Numbered from the stretch's first letter, positions 26,785 to 40,360 are shown. The stretch: 64,000 bases of DNA from Malacoraja senta (GCA_038087875.1 CM075992.1:684001-748000), one strand, 5' to 3'. The notes: generated by a model not told the origin, from the sequence alone. Numbers and translations: made by a program.

Positions 26785-29562
26785 TAAGTAGTGAGTGAAG
26801 CAACAAAGAATAAATGGCCAGAAACATGTTCTGCTGCCTGTCCCGCTGAGTTACTCCAACATTTTGTGTCTGTCCCAGAAATGCAACATTGTTTGATAAT
26901 AAACTCGTCCTGCAGTATTGTATTCTGCATTGTACTCTGTCTCTAAACTGCAGCTGAAAGATTTTACCATTCTATTTAAAATAAACACACTTATACTTTG
27001 CTATACTTTTCTGTCTGGAGAAGGGTCTCGACCCGAAACATCATCCATTCCTTCTCTCCAGAGATGCTGCCTGACCCACTCAGTTCCTCCAGCACTTTGT
27101 TTGGGAAAATGCCTATATTTGGACTAGTATCGAGAATGAGCCATGAAATAATACACAGCATAGAGTATAAAATTGAGAGGCATAGAAAAGACAGTCAGAA
27201 ACCTTTTTTCCAGGATGGAAAATCAACTGGAGGGCATAGCTTTAAGATGAGAGAGGCAAACTTTAAAGATGTGTGGGGCAAGTTTTTACAGAGAGGGTGG
27301 TGGGTGCCTTAAACGTGCTGCCAGGGATGGTGGTGGAGGCAGATACGATAGTGGCGTTTAAGAGACTTTTTGGATAGGCACATGAATATGGAGGGATATG
27401 GATTATATGCAGGCATGTAAGAGTTGGTCTTGGCATCATTTTTGACACAGACGTTGTAGGCCGAAGAGCCTGTTCTTGTGCTGCACTGTTCCATGTTCTA
27501 CTGCCACTTAACAGAATTATTTAAAATTTCAATTATTTCTTGCAGTAAATCTGTGAATAAATTAAGCAGCTCAAAAGAGCCAGCAAAGTGGAACATTTAA
27601 AGTGACGTTTTAATGATGGAAGATTTCCACAAACCAGTCTCCACAGATATATATTTTATTGGCGGTATTGTTCTAGATGGTGACATGTACGAGATGAGTG
27701 TTGTGTAGATGTGACACTAACTCCATTCAGTCTGCTGTTGTAATGACTACCACCTGATTAGTCTGCCAAATTATCCCTTCCAAAGGTCAGTGTCATGTGT
27801 CAGTAACTAGCTTTGACATTTCACTTTAGAATCACTAACTACCCACAAAATAGGTCACCTTGTCTATCAATCACAAGTTCCTCAGCCATCGTGTCTGTGG
27901 TTTCTGATGATATATGAACGCTTATACTAATCATGGATGATGCCTAAAACCGTAACGTCGTAAAATGCCGGGCAGAGATTTTGCACACATGATAATCAAC
28001 TAAACTCAAACCTCATTTTCTAACTGTTGTTAAAGCATCAACACGTGATCCTTCCTCCTTTGGAAGTAAGATATTTTGTTTGTTTACTTGTTCAACTTTC
28101 TAATTTCTTGCAATGGGGGGAAAAAACAACTGGAATTATAAAACCAGTACAGGGAGATCGCGGATGGATAGGGTGGTGAAAGCAGTTTTGGCAGATTGGC
28201 TTTCATCAGTCAGGGAAATAAGTACGGAAGTTGGGACATTATGTTATGGTTGTACAAGATGTTGCTGAGGCCACCATTGTATTGTATTCAGTTTTAGTCA
28301 CCCTTCTATGAGAAAGATGCCCTTAAGCAGGAAAGAGTGCAGAGAAGATTTCTGAGGATGTTGTCAGAACGTGAGGGCCCGGGCTCTAGGGAGTGGTTAA
28401 GCAGGCTAGGACATTATTACCAGCATCTGCAGTTCCTTGTTTCAATATTTAAAAGACTTTTGGTCAGGTACGTGGATAGAAAAGGTTTAGAGCGTTGTGG
28501 GGAAAATGAGACTGGTGAAGGTGGTCAGCATGGGGCAGTTGGGCTGAAGGGCCTGTTTCAGTGCTGTGTGAATCTGGGACTGTATGATGAAGCTGAAGCA
28601 CAGTATCTACACTAAACAGCACATTATATGTGTGCTACACACCAAAACAATATGGACTCAGCTTGGTGAACTAGCAATCAGTGGGTCCTGATCTCCAGCC
28701 ATGTCTGGTCATAAGTGGTTGTAGACAATTGGAAAGCTAATGAGAGGAGGAGGCTCCTAGCGTTTCCCAACCTGCAGAAGGCAGTTAACATGGGGGCATC
28801 TGTGAGGACGTGTGGAGCCGAAGTGTAAGTGTGCTCCGCAAAGCAGCTCAATGCCCTGTTCAGATGTGAATGCAACACCTTGCTGGTGAGAACTACTCTT
28901 GAATTTCAACATGGCAGTGAACTGTAGGTTATCATGAGGAGCTGCTGAGGCAAGGTGTCTGAGAATGCGGGTGACTCAGTCCTGAGCGCTGCTGGCATTA
29001 CGTGGCATCTCGTGAAAGGTCGTCGACATCAACTCTAGCCCTGGGAGCTACTGGGCATTATGCTGACAGTTCTTTTAAAATCAGTTTTGTATTGATGCAA
29101 AGAGCTTTGAAACTGAGCAGGTCTGAGATTTATCGTCGGTTGCTGATCAGAAGTACTTGATTTAGTCAGGCACCACACATTGTGCAGGCTCTCACAGGAA
29201 GGCGTTCTAGCCAACTTCAAGTCACGCAAACATGATGAGCTGCACAAGGTAAAGCTATTAGTGCCGAATTATACCACTGAGCTCCAGAATACTGAATGAC
29301 AGCAGATGTAAGGCAGCAACTTTACCTCTGCACCACTGTGCTGCCCAGTAAGCAGAACATTCCCCTCTTCATGCTTTGAACAGAAGGATTGAGAAGTCCT
29401 CTGAGCCACCACAGAAATTGGAGGGAGGGTCATGAAGGCCATCTAGTCAGCCTATCTACTGCCATCACTCCATGAATGTAAACTCTTGGAAAAGACACTG
29501 GTGCTAATGTTGCTCACTAGGAGATGTTAAGCTTACTGCTGATTCAGCCGTATTCACTGCTC

Positions 29563-30412
29563 CGGAAGTGGCGGCGCTGTTGCACAGCTGCAGCTCGCCT
29601 GCAGTCCGTCTGTTTTTACGTTTTTTGTTGTTTTCTTTTGTCCTGTTTTGGTTAAATTTTAGTTTATTGGGTTGTGTATGTGTGGGGTGGGGGGGTGAAA
29701 CATGATTTTTTTTGTCTCTTCCTTCGGGGGAATGCGACTTTTTCTTGTCGTATCCCCCTTCTCTGCCTCCGTCTGCACTGAGGCCAAAATGGCGGAGCTG
29801 CCGGCCTCCAACTCCAACTGCGACCGACCGACCTCGAGGCTCCGGAGGCAGAGCCAGGACTGACCAGCGCGGGGCTGGCCTGCTTCGGGGCTGCGGTGGC
29901 GTTCCGGCGTTCCGGCGGTGGCGACCGAGGACGCTGGTGGCGACCTGAGTCCGGAGGCTCGGCCGCGGGCCCGGTGGACGACATCGTCGGGAGCTCGCAG
30001 GTCACAGGTCACAGGTGGGTGACCTGTTTTTCTGGGGCTCCCGCAACTACAGCTGCGTCCGCTGGACTGGAGGGCGGCAGCTTCGGCCACCCCGGGCCGC
30101 GGAGTTTGAACCGGCCCGTCGCGGAGCGGAGGACGGATTCAGCTGCGGGACTGACTTACCATCACCCGGCGGGGTCACAACGTCAGAAGCCTGGATCGCC
30201 TCAGCGCAGAGGGAGAACAAAGAGGGAAGAGACAGAGACTTTAAGACTTTTGCCTCCATCACAGTGAGGAGGTGCCTGGTGAACTCACTGTGGTGGATGT
30301 TAATTTGTGTTTATTGTGTGTTTTGTTATTTATTATATGTATGACTGCAGGCAACGAAATTTCGTTCAGACCGAAAGGTCTGAATGACAAATAAAGGAGT
30401 CTAAGTCTAAGC
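29563..30412 (+). mobile_element. GC/CpG-rich non-autonomous retroelement with Rex1/Babar-like 3' end
   Basis: GGAAGTGGCGGCG start; AATTTCGTTCAGACCGAAAGGTCTGAATGACAAATAAAG hairpin plus (GTCTAA)n tail. Confidence 0.62.
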
Positions 30413-30462
30413 CTTGGAAATTGCATCTTGCCTGTCGATCCTAGAAATATAAGCACAAGACA

Positions 30463-30771
30463 AGGGTGGCACGGTGGCGCAGCAGTAGAGTTGCTGCCTT
30501 ACAGCGCATGAGACCCGGGTTCTATCCTGACTACAGGTGCTTGTCTGTATGGAGTTTGTACGTTCTCCCTGTGACCTGCGTGGGTTTTCTCCGCGATCTT
30601 CAGTTTCCTCCTACACTCCAAAGATGTGCTGGTTTGCAGGTCAATTGGCTTGGTATAAATGTAAAATTGTTCCTAGTGTGCGTAGGGTAGTGTTAGTGTG
30701 CGGGGATTGCTGGTCGGTGCGGACCCGGTGGGCTGAAGGGCCTGTTTCTGCGCTGTATCTCTAAACTAAAC
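30463..30771 (+). mobile_element. tRNA-derived V-SINE, full length
   Basis: GGGTGGCACGGTGGCGCAGCAGTAGAG head, V-domain, CTAAACTAAAC tail. Confidence 0.85.
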
Positions 30772-31314
30772 AAGCAATGATCTACCCTGGTGTAACGGGT
30801 GAAAATGTAACTTTGTCCATGGGTTCCTACCCCAGCCAGTGAAGATAGTTACAACCTCAGTAACTGAACGGATCAAACCACAAGCATGGGGTGAGAGGTG
30901 TTCAATCAACTTCTAGGAAAATGTCTGTCAATAGATGTCACATCAAACTGAAGCATGTGCAGTTTGTAGTGGTGTCTTGCAGCGCATTCACCAGTGCTGA
31001 TGATATCTCTACTGAAACGGTTTATTTAAAACAAAACACTCCAGTAGTGTTCTGCAATGCTCAGTGTGGGCTCTATACTTTATTGTGGCAGGAAACCAGC
31101 TTATCATCGGATTATGTAAGAAATTGTGGAAATTCTGTGTGTGTTTGTGTATGCCTGGCACAAGAAGTCTTGCAAAATCTTCCTCCTCTAAACTTAAAGG
31201 TGTCTTGAAATCAGACTTTTGGGGCTCCATCCATTCTACTGAGTTACAGTAGTTGAAAGAATCCTAACTTATCTATTCATTTTCATTGATAACAAAATCT
31301 ATCCTATTGCTATA

Positions 31315-31665
31315 ACTAGGCAGGAAAATTGTTCCCAGTGTTGGGGGAGTCCAGAACCAGGGGTCACAGTTTAAGAATAAGTGGTAGGCCATTTAGGACT
31401 GAGATGAGGAAAACAAATTTCACCCAGAGAGTTGTGAATCTGTGGAATTCTCTACCACAGAAGGCAGTGGAGGCCAATTTGCTGGATGTTTTCAAGAGAG
31501 AGTTAGATTTAGCTCTTAGGGCTAATGGAATCAAGGGATATGGGGAAAAAGCAGGAACGGGGTACTGATTGGGGATGATCAGCCATGATCACATTGAATG
31601 GCGGTGCTGGCTCGAGGGGCCGAATGGCCTACTCCTGCACCTATTGTCTATTGTCTATTGTCCAT
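31315..31665 (+). mobile_element. CR1 3' fragment
   Basis: SRTRGHSLRI...FTQRVVNLWNSLP; (CTATTGT)n tail. Confidence 0.87.
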
Positions 31666-33814
31666 AAATTGCTTTGAGGTGGCCAGACGCTGAAAGATGG
31701 TGTGCCAGTGGAACCCTTCCCACTGATTACAACTCTGGAGTTATGGTCTTGCAAAATCAGGCTTTTGTGCAACTTTTACTGGTGTTTGACTTCAAACTAA
31801 ATTTCCAATCATCCAGTGAGCATAAAATCAACCTGCTGGAGGAACTCAGTAGATCAGGCAACATCTGTGGAGGTACAGGAATGGTCAATGTTTCTGCCCG
31901 AGACTTTGTGAAAGGACAGTTTTTTGATTGCTTATTCCAATCATTTACTCCACCTCCCGCCTTTGTTATCTTAAACCAACACATTCATTGAAGGTAACAC
32001 GGAGGGTGGTGGGTGCCTGGAACGCGCTGCCAGGGGTGGTGGTGGAGGCAGATACGATAGTGGTGTTTAAGAGACTTTTGTATAGGCACATGGATATGGA
32101 TGATGTACAGGCAGATAAGAGTTGGTCTTGGCATTATGTTTGGCACAGATATTGTAGGCAGAAGGGCCTGTTCTCATGCTGTACTGTTCTATGTATCCCA
32201 ACCTCTACATGAGCTCAATCAAACCGCTGCTGCCATTGTCCAAATCCAAATTATGTCCCACACATTATCATCATAGGGTGATACACTGTGGAAACAGGAC
32301 CTTCGGCCCAACTTTCCCACACCGACCAAGATGTCCCATCTACCCTAGTCCCACTTGCCTGCATTTGGCCCATATCCCTCTAACCCTAACCTCTAATCCA
32401 TGTATACACCATAGAAGGTAGATAGCCATTGCTTATTGACCTACTTAACACCATTTCGGGCCAGGACCCTCCTTCAGACTGATTGTAGTTGGGGAGGAGA
32501 AAGCTGGAAGAGAGGTATTAGCAGAACAAAGCCTGGCAAGTGATGGGTGTATACAGGTGAAAGGAATTTAGATTGCCAGATGGGTGGATGGACAAAGGCC
32601 AGAGATGGGACGAAGACAAGGCTGTGAGTGGACAGAGATACTGCCTGACCCGATGAGTTACTCCAGCATTTTGTATCTTTTTATAAACCAGCATCTGCAG
32701 TTCCATGCATCTACTCTTCAAACACCTGTGGAGTTAGAATAAGGAAAGACTTAAAAATGGGATGAAATTTGGGCAGGGTTAATCACCAGTGAAAGAGGGT
32801 GCTTAAAACATAAATTAATGAATTGGTAAACATAAAATTAGATGTTCCCTGGACATAAAATAATTTCCAATTGCTTTCCGCTGGGGGAAAAAACAGCATT
32901 TGCAGTTGAATTTCTTGGTAGTTGCATCCAAATTCTTATCTTGCATTCTTGCATTTGTGTATGGGTTGTTTCCATCCAGGCTCTTGCTTTCATGAGCAAT
33001 CCCTAAGTTCATTAGTCCCGACCCAAAATGTCACCTATCCATTTTCTCCAGAGATGCTGCCTGACCCGCTGGGCTACTCCAGCACTTTGTGTCTTCTCTT
33101 GCTTCATTCTTGCTCGAGACGATTCTCCAATCCTCCCGTTTGCACGCAATGTTGACGAGCCCTGAAGATGATTCAGAGCGAGAGCATGTTGTGGGGCACA
33201 ACCCCCCATGGCAGTGTGATTTCAAGTGGCTGTGGTGAAGTGTGGGAGTCTGTGGTGCGATGAGATAGCGTGGATCTGCACCATGAGGTTTCTAGACTCA
33301 GAGCTCACAGGATTAGCTGCAGCTTGTGGGATCTCATAGCAATTACCATGAAAGCAACTCCACACAGCTATACCATGAAATGTAAACCGTACGGTACCGA
33401 GAGTGTTGAACATGTTGCTCTTGATCCTTGGCAGAAAGCAGCAGCTCGTGTGTTGAAGGTGGGGCTGGTTAACAGGGTATGGTTTGATGCCTCGCACAGC
33501 GTACTTGATGTAATAGATCCAGTAACAGGCCACAACATCAGCTCCGAGTGCGAGGAGAGAGAAAGTTGCCCCCCCCCCCCCATCCCGTCAAGTGTGCATC
33601 AATTTCAACCATTTCATTGTTTCACCCCAGTTTCTCTCTACTTTAGTGGCCAAGATGAAATGTCTGGCTTTAGAGAATATTTTTGGAGGGTTTAAGCGAA
33701 TGTGAGTGACTAATTTCGAAATACGCAATCTCTGACTCACTCTTACAGCTACGATATTTAGCCTGAATTAAAGGTCCCCACTTAAAATGTCACTTCTCCA
33801 CATCCTCTAGAGAT

Positions 33815-34102
33815 GTTTGGTTTAGGGATACATTGCGGAAACGGGGTTGGCCCACTGAGTCCGCACCAATCAACTTACACTATCCTACACACACGAGGGA
33901 CAATTTTACATGTCACATTTATACCAAGCCAATTAAACTACAAACCTGTACGTCTTTGGAGGAAACCAAAGATCTCGGAGAAAACCCATGCAGGTCATGA
34001 GGAGAACGTACAATCTCTGTACAGACAAATACCCATAGTCAGGATCGAACACAGGTCTCCAGTGCTGTAAGGCAGTAACTCTACTGCTGTGCCACCATGC
34101 TG
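33815..34102 (-). mobile_element. tRNA-derived V-SINE
   Basis: Reverse complement of the same family. Confidence 0.75.
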
Positions 34103-34459
34103 ACTTTATGTCCTCTAGAGATGAATGAAATAAGACTATGTATGGTTAAGTTTTCCAAAGACAACAATTATATCTGTTGGGAAAAGGCTGCAAGTTGATT
34201 CTTCCAATGGAAGAACACATCTTGTGGATAAATTAGAGGCATTATCACATTTAGTTTAAACTAATGGCAAGGTATTGGTATTTGGCGGCAACACCTGGCG
34301 ACTCTTGCATGTGGACAATTGTACCATTCGGGCATTGTGCTTGGGTATGGCACTACTGAACTGTATGTGAAAAAAGAATGCCACTATACATGTGATAATA
34401 AAGAACCATTGGCCTTTGGTCCACTTGCTGATTGTTCTGCCCGTTTTTCCCAAATGCAG

Positions 34460-34807
34460 ATCCAGCTGTTCAAAGGTCAAGGCCACTTCCAGACACCATT
34501 GAGCTTTGACGGCATCCACATTGTGAACCACATGGTGGAAGACGACGAGTTCATTCACTCCTCAGACGAGGATCTATTGCCGAGCCCCATGGGAGTGAGC
34601 GGCCTACAGGGAGATCTGTACCCCATTTCCCACGGAAACGGCCACTTCCTCCGCGGCCTGGAGATGTCGGGGAAAGACAGCGACGGCAGCACCGACAGCG
34701 ATCAGGAAAACCGCAACTCTGCACTGGAGCTTGAAGCAGACATGGCCAATCACATCATGTGTAATGACAGTCCGAACAAGGCACCATCCATCTCTACAGC
34801 CGTCTAA
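34460..34807 (+). CDS. EVI5L: EVI5-like terminal coding exon (IQLFKGQGHFQTPLSFDGIHIVNH...KDSDGSTDSDQE...PSISTAV-stop)
   Basis: GCAG acceptor, TAA at 34805-34807; SSDEDLL, LQGDLYPIS..HFLRGLE...KDSDGSTDSD parallel the recalled EVI5L C-terminus. Confidence 0.92.
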   Translation: MQLFKGQGHFQTPLSFDGIHIVNHMVEDDEFIHSSDEDLLPSPMGVSGLQGDLYPISHGNGHFLRGLEMSGKDSDGSTDSDQENRNSALELEADMANHIMCNDSPNKAPSISTAV

Positions 34808-37800
34808 TGGGGGGACCTCATGATCTAAACTGCCCTGCATTCCACCAAGTGAAACTGATTTGGGTCTGATATTCAATTCCACTCATTTGTAGGGGAGTTT
34901 TATTTTTTAAATCACCCATCTCCCTCTCTATTTCAACCTGACATTTCTTCCCATTGAGGGAAATAGGTGGGGAGCTAGAGCGTTGTGAAAGTGGCCCAAT
35001 GTCTCTGCTATGTTTTCTGCAATGAAGATTCCATGACAGATGAGTTTGCGGCTCCACTGTGGTGCTCTGTTTTTGTGGAGTAACCCCCAGTCTTCCATGT
35101 GTAGTGCAAAAGCAGCAAGTCAGCACTTAAAGGTCAAGGGTATGAGCCTGGGGATTGTTGGAATTCAGGCCATGTCTCCCACCGTTGCTCCTTGGCCTGA
35201 CACAGCGGTGGACTCTGCATTTGGATTCTCAGCAGTAACCCACCATCGCCAATATGCGGTGGTCAAACAAGAGGCCGCACAACCCACCTGCATACATGTA
35301 ATGGACACCTAGTTTGGTCTAGCTGAAAGCACTCAATACTCTAACAGGGTACCAGATTGTCATGGAGCCTAATGACAATAGACAGGGTCTAACCCATCTC
35401 CTGATTGCTTTAGAATCTCATTCCACTCGGTATCTGGCTGATGCACTGACCTTTGCTAGAAGCTAACTAACACGGTGATTGGAGCTCTGCCTTCGTAGTA
35501 CAGTACATTTCCATCACCGGTCATTGAGTTAACTTCCTATTAACCAGTTGAAATTAAGCTTGTTGGTAAATATAACGCAGCTCAAGAAAAGTTCCTACAG
35601 CTAAGCAACGCACTCTTGAATATTCCAGCCTCTCACTGCTTGCTCATCTATTTATTAAACCAGAAAATGTTCACTAGCTTTGATGTCTGAAGTTATGAAA
35701 GTAGACTTTTTTGACATTAATCTGTGGACTATTGTTAGCTTGTTTTAGAGTTTTTAATCTGTGGTTGATACAAGTACACACTGCCTGCACTAAAGCCCTG
35801 AGCTGATACCGTTTCCACCTATTATGCCCCAAACATAGACAGCTAAACTCCAGCATTGTATAACTGGGTCCTGTCATTCAGCAAACCTAGTGCACTCCCC
35901 ACTCCACAGTAAAAATGTGCAGGCGGTTGAAGTCATTCCAAGTTCGGATTCTAAGGCTGGACCATTGGATCGTTGATAGACACAAAATGCTGGAGTGACT
36001 CAGCGGGACAGGCAGCATCTCTGGAGAGAAGGAATGGGTGACGTTTCGGGTCGAGACCCTTCTTCAGCAGTTTGTGTCTACCTTTGATTTAAACCAGCAT
36101 CTGCAGTTCTTTCCTACACATTGGATCGTTGATGTCCACTCAACAAACCAGCATTGTAGCCTCCGTTCAGCATTTGTTTCACCCAGAGTACACTTGCAAA
36201 TACCCTCCTGTTACGTCTCGGAACCCATTGTGTTACTTATGCAAATTATTGGCCATTAATTGTATTGTAATCCTTCGGAAAAGTAGGACTGGAAGTTTTG
36301 CAAAACCACGTCTGCTTTGGTTTTAGCACCTCTGTTGGAGATGACTATTTGGTGGATGCAGCAACACCTTTGAAGCACGATGTGGTCAGCTTATCTGTTC
36401 ATTAGTTACCTATGTAATACTTTTACAATGATGCTCATTTTATTTGTGCTGCAGTGATATTTATTCATCCTTAGCGTCTATGCTAAACTTTACAAACTGC
36501 CTGGATGCTGGAGTCGGCATTGCTTGAGGAACACTGCATGGGAGGGAGGATTTTGTAGACCCATGAGCTCTCATTTGTATGAAGGTACATTTGCTCTTAA
36601 TGCCAGTATCCCCAAGGGTGCACTCAAGCAATTGCCCAACTGATACAGTAACCACCCATCACTTGATGTTGAATTGACTTCCGATTACCCGATTGGCATT
36701 TGGTCCACTAACAATAGAAATCACAAGGGAAATTCCCCTCTTCCCAAGCAACATAACTGAGTTGTCAAACCTCTTGTTTCTTGGGTGGTAATGAAGCTGA
36801 TAATGTAAAGTGTCCATACTCCAGCCACCTGTCCATATGCCTGACCGCAACACCTGTTCCCTTCTCCAGTGCCATGGTTTTACTTTATATCGTCAAGTCC
36901 AGCAACATTCTGCCACCCATTGTCCAGGCACAGCGAGTGGGTCCCCATGCACTTTATTCCACATTGCATCACGATGAACACAGTTAACATATACCGGCAC
37001 GTCACTTAAAATCTCCTGGTCATTTTATCAGGACCAGGCCAGATCCAAAATATTCACTATCTTGTTTTAGTTGAACTCCTTTTCATTTTGTCAGTATCAT
37101 GAGCAGAGCAGTGTTTGTCTATTAGTGGAGAACTGTGTCACTCTGAGGGAGGTGGCAGTGTGGGGGGGGGAGGCTTAGTTTGGTTGGTCTCTCCCTGCCT
37201 CTGCCAAACTTCCTAATTAACCAAGGAACACCTTTATCGGTGGGGACTGCTATGGCTGAATCTACCCTTGTTCACATCCTTAAATAATCTAGAATTAGCC
37301 CTTCAGCACGGCGGTACTTAAGATATTGAGTTAGAATGAAGTCACTGGATGTGCGCCGAGTGTATTATGACGCTCACTGACATTACAAACCGTCTCATTT
37401 TAGCTCTGTGAAAAGTGCTGACTATCACATTTTCTTTCATGGTTCTTTTCCAACTATTTTGCCCCAAGCTTAGACAGCTGAGCTCCAGCATTCTATAACT
37501 GGATACCCAACTGCTTGGAGTCTCTCATTGCCAATAAACACACCTCCTCCCAAGAACCAAAGATCTCGCCTAACGCTGAGCATAATGACACTTGGGAGCG
37601 GGGTCTGGTGCCATTAATCACACGTCAGGAGAAGGTGTGTGCCATATGTATAGAGTCAACCACTTAGTTTGTGCCGCAGGTATGTCCACCCCTGATATAG
37701 AATGAGCTCTCTTTGTTATAACTGACACATGACCGCTGCAGTGTTGCCTCAGGCATCTTGTAACGTCATTGTTCAGAGCTCACGCATTCATTGGTTTGGG

Positions 37801-40360
37801 GATTGGATTGACAAGTGTTTTGGATTGACAAGTGAGCATGCGGGATTGTCAAGGGGATTGGATTGACAAGTGAGCATGCATCACACAAAGTGTTTTGTGT
37901 GATGCATGCTCTTCAGTTCCGGATGACTTGTTATCAGTTTGTGTGGCAGACATATTCTCATTTGTCCCCTCTGTCTCGTTCCCAAAGCCCACACCACGAT
38001 CGCACTGTACATTGTAGACCAGTGTCTGAAGAAGGGTCTCAAGCCGAAACGTCACCCATTCCTCCTATCCAAAGATGCGGCCTGTCCCGCTGAGTTACTC
38101 CAGCACTTTGTGTCATCGTAGATACAAAATGCTTTTGTGCTGGTTGTCTCTGAGCTGGCCGTGAACAGGGTTCAACAAAGTCCCATGCGAGTAACAGATA
38201 TCACCCTGACTGTTCATCCCACTTGTCACACACAGGGTACAAAGTCTTGAGACGGCAACACCGTTAGCTCAGGTTCCCAGCCAGCATTGACCGCCTGGCC
38301 CAACAGAGAGAATAGCCTCTTAGCAAGGTCGCAGTAAGTGCAAGCTGCCCAATTGGCACATGTCGTAGAAACTGCAATGGCTCTCTCTCTGTGGAGATTG
38401 ACTGAACTTTAGGATTACGTCAGCAAGGCAATGGGAAGGGAAGGGGAGGGGGTGGGTGGGAGGTTTTGTTTCGAGACATTGGGGTGTGGAGAAACCAATG
38501 CACAGAATTCCAATGTCATTGAAATCAAAGTGGTGTGTGAGAGAAATCTGTTATGCATCCTTCCAAAGGAGATGTCATTATTTAGAGCTTGAAACATGTG
38601 TAGCGTTTGAACAGCAGCTGCCTGCCACTAATGTGTATGTGCAATAATGGTCACTGGAATGGCGTCCCCAGTGCCCTTGTGGGGTCACTGCACTAAACCT
38701 GTCCTGGACACTCTTGGTGCTCTTCATTGCGTGTCAGTCTTGGTGTCCCACCCCAGCCCCATCGCTCTTACTAAACACGTGGTTATCGTCATGCATTCCA
38801 TGGCTAGCGACATTCGCAATGAAGGTTATTTGTCACGTTACGTGTTAGAGCAAGTACTCACCTAACCCGTGAGTAGAAGTCTAGCGGTTCAGGCAGAATC
38901 CCAGGCCTATGACTGAACTGTACATATTCTGCGATGATGTATTGTCAAAACTGTGTAGCATACCATTTATAAATGAATTTCTGTTGCAATGAGTTACTTT
39001 TCTAGTATCTGTATTGTCACATTCAGCCCGCCGTGCATTTTGTAAAGCTGATGCGTGCTTGAATCATGACCATTTTTAGCTGCTAGTTGTGTAAATAATA
39101 ACTACAGACGCACACTGAACCGTAAATGTATTTTCACGAGTAGCACATGCTTTTTTGTGTACTGTGTAATAATGAAAGATTTCCTGATAAAGACGTGTGT
39201 GTGATACAGAGATGTTAAACCAAACCATTGTAGATGTGTTTATTACTGGCCCTGCTTGTGCAAACCTGACCTGTGTTGCGGCAGTTACACCAGCATTTAT
39301 GGAGCTTTGAGAAAATCAGATTCTGCTTTGTCAATTTCCAAAGTAACTTCTGAGTGGTTCTCTAGTTCCTGATCGAAATTGCATTCTGACCAATTTACCC
39401 CCCATAATGCAAATAGCGCTCTTTAGTTCACCACTCGCATTATATCCAATCTGTGTTCTGGAAACCAAAGACAGGCATAAAAAGCTGGAGGGTCAGGCAG
39501 CATCTCAGGAATAGCTGACGTTTTGGGTCGAAACCCTTCTTCAGACTGAGAGTCGGGGGGGGGTGGGGGAGGATGGAAACGAGAGATATAGATGGTGATG
39601 TGAAGAGATATAGAACATAGAGTGGGAGCAGCGAGAGAGGATGTGGCAGAGGTGATGCAGGAGACAGAGTTATACTTTACTTGAGGGATGCTAATGATGA
39701 TAAAGAGTTGGCAGATTGTTACTGGGTTCAGATGTTGGAGATGGGTTGGTTTCAGCAGAGGCAGCTTTAGCTTTTCATGGGCCTCTGAGAGCGTGTGGTG
39801 TGAGCTGGTCTAATTCTGCTGGTGGCTTCAGTGTGGGTGGTTGAGAGAAAACCATACGATGAAGCAACCGGTTGTGGAATGACTCTGATGAATATTTATA
39901 GTTGGGGGTTAGCAACTGGAAATGTCAACGTTGCAAATGATTAGTTTTGATGAACTTGTCCAACACAAAAAAAAATAAGGACCAAGAGATTCAATGTAGA
40001 CGACATAAGTTGATAAGTGATAGGAGCAGAATTAGGCCATTCGGCCCATCAAGTGTACTCCGCCATTCAATCATGGCTGATCTATCTCGCCTTCCCAACC
40101 CCATTCTCCTGCCTTCTCCCCATAACCTCTGACACCCGCTGTAATCATCATTTGTAATCTTGCTGTATGTGCAAACATTAATTATTATTAATTAATCAAT
40201 TAACATTAATTATTAATTAACATTAATTATTTAGTAAGACAATTGTTTAATTCTGTTTTTAAGGTGAGTGTGAAACAGAATGAGAATGAATATTCTGAGT
40301 ACATCTGTTTAATACATTGAATTTGTATTCCAAATTAAAAGTGCATTATACTGAGCGATC
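34808..40360 (+). other. EVI5L: Putative long 3' UTR of EVI5L
   Basis: Relatively repeat-poor sequence after the stop codon, TGTA/AT-rich UTR-like block at about 38900-39250; candidate poly(A) signals AATAAA 37533-37538 and ATTAAA 40334-40339. The true end cannot be fixed from sequence. Confidence 0.5.
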
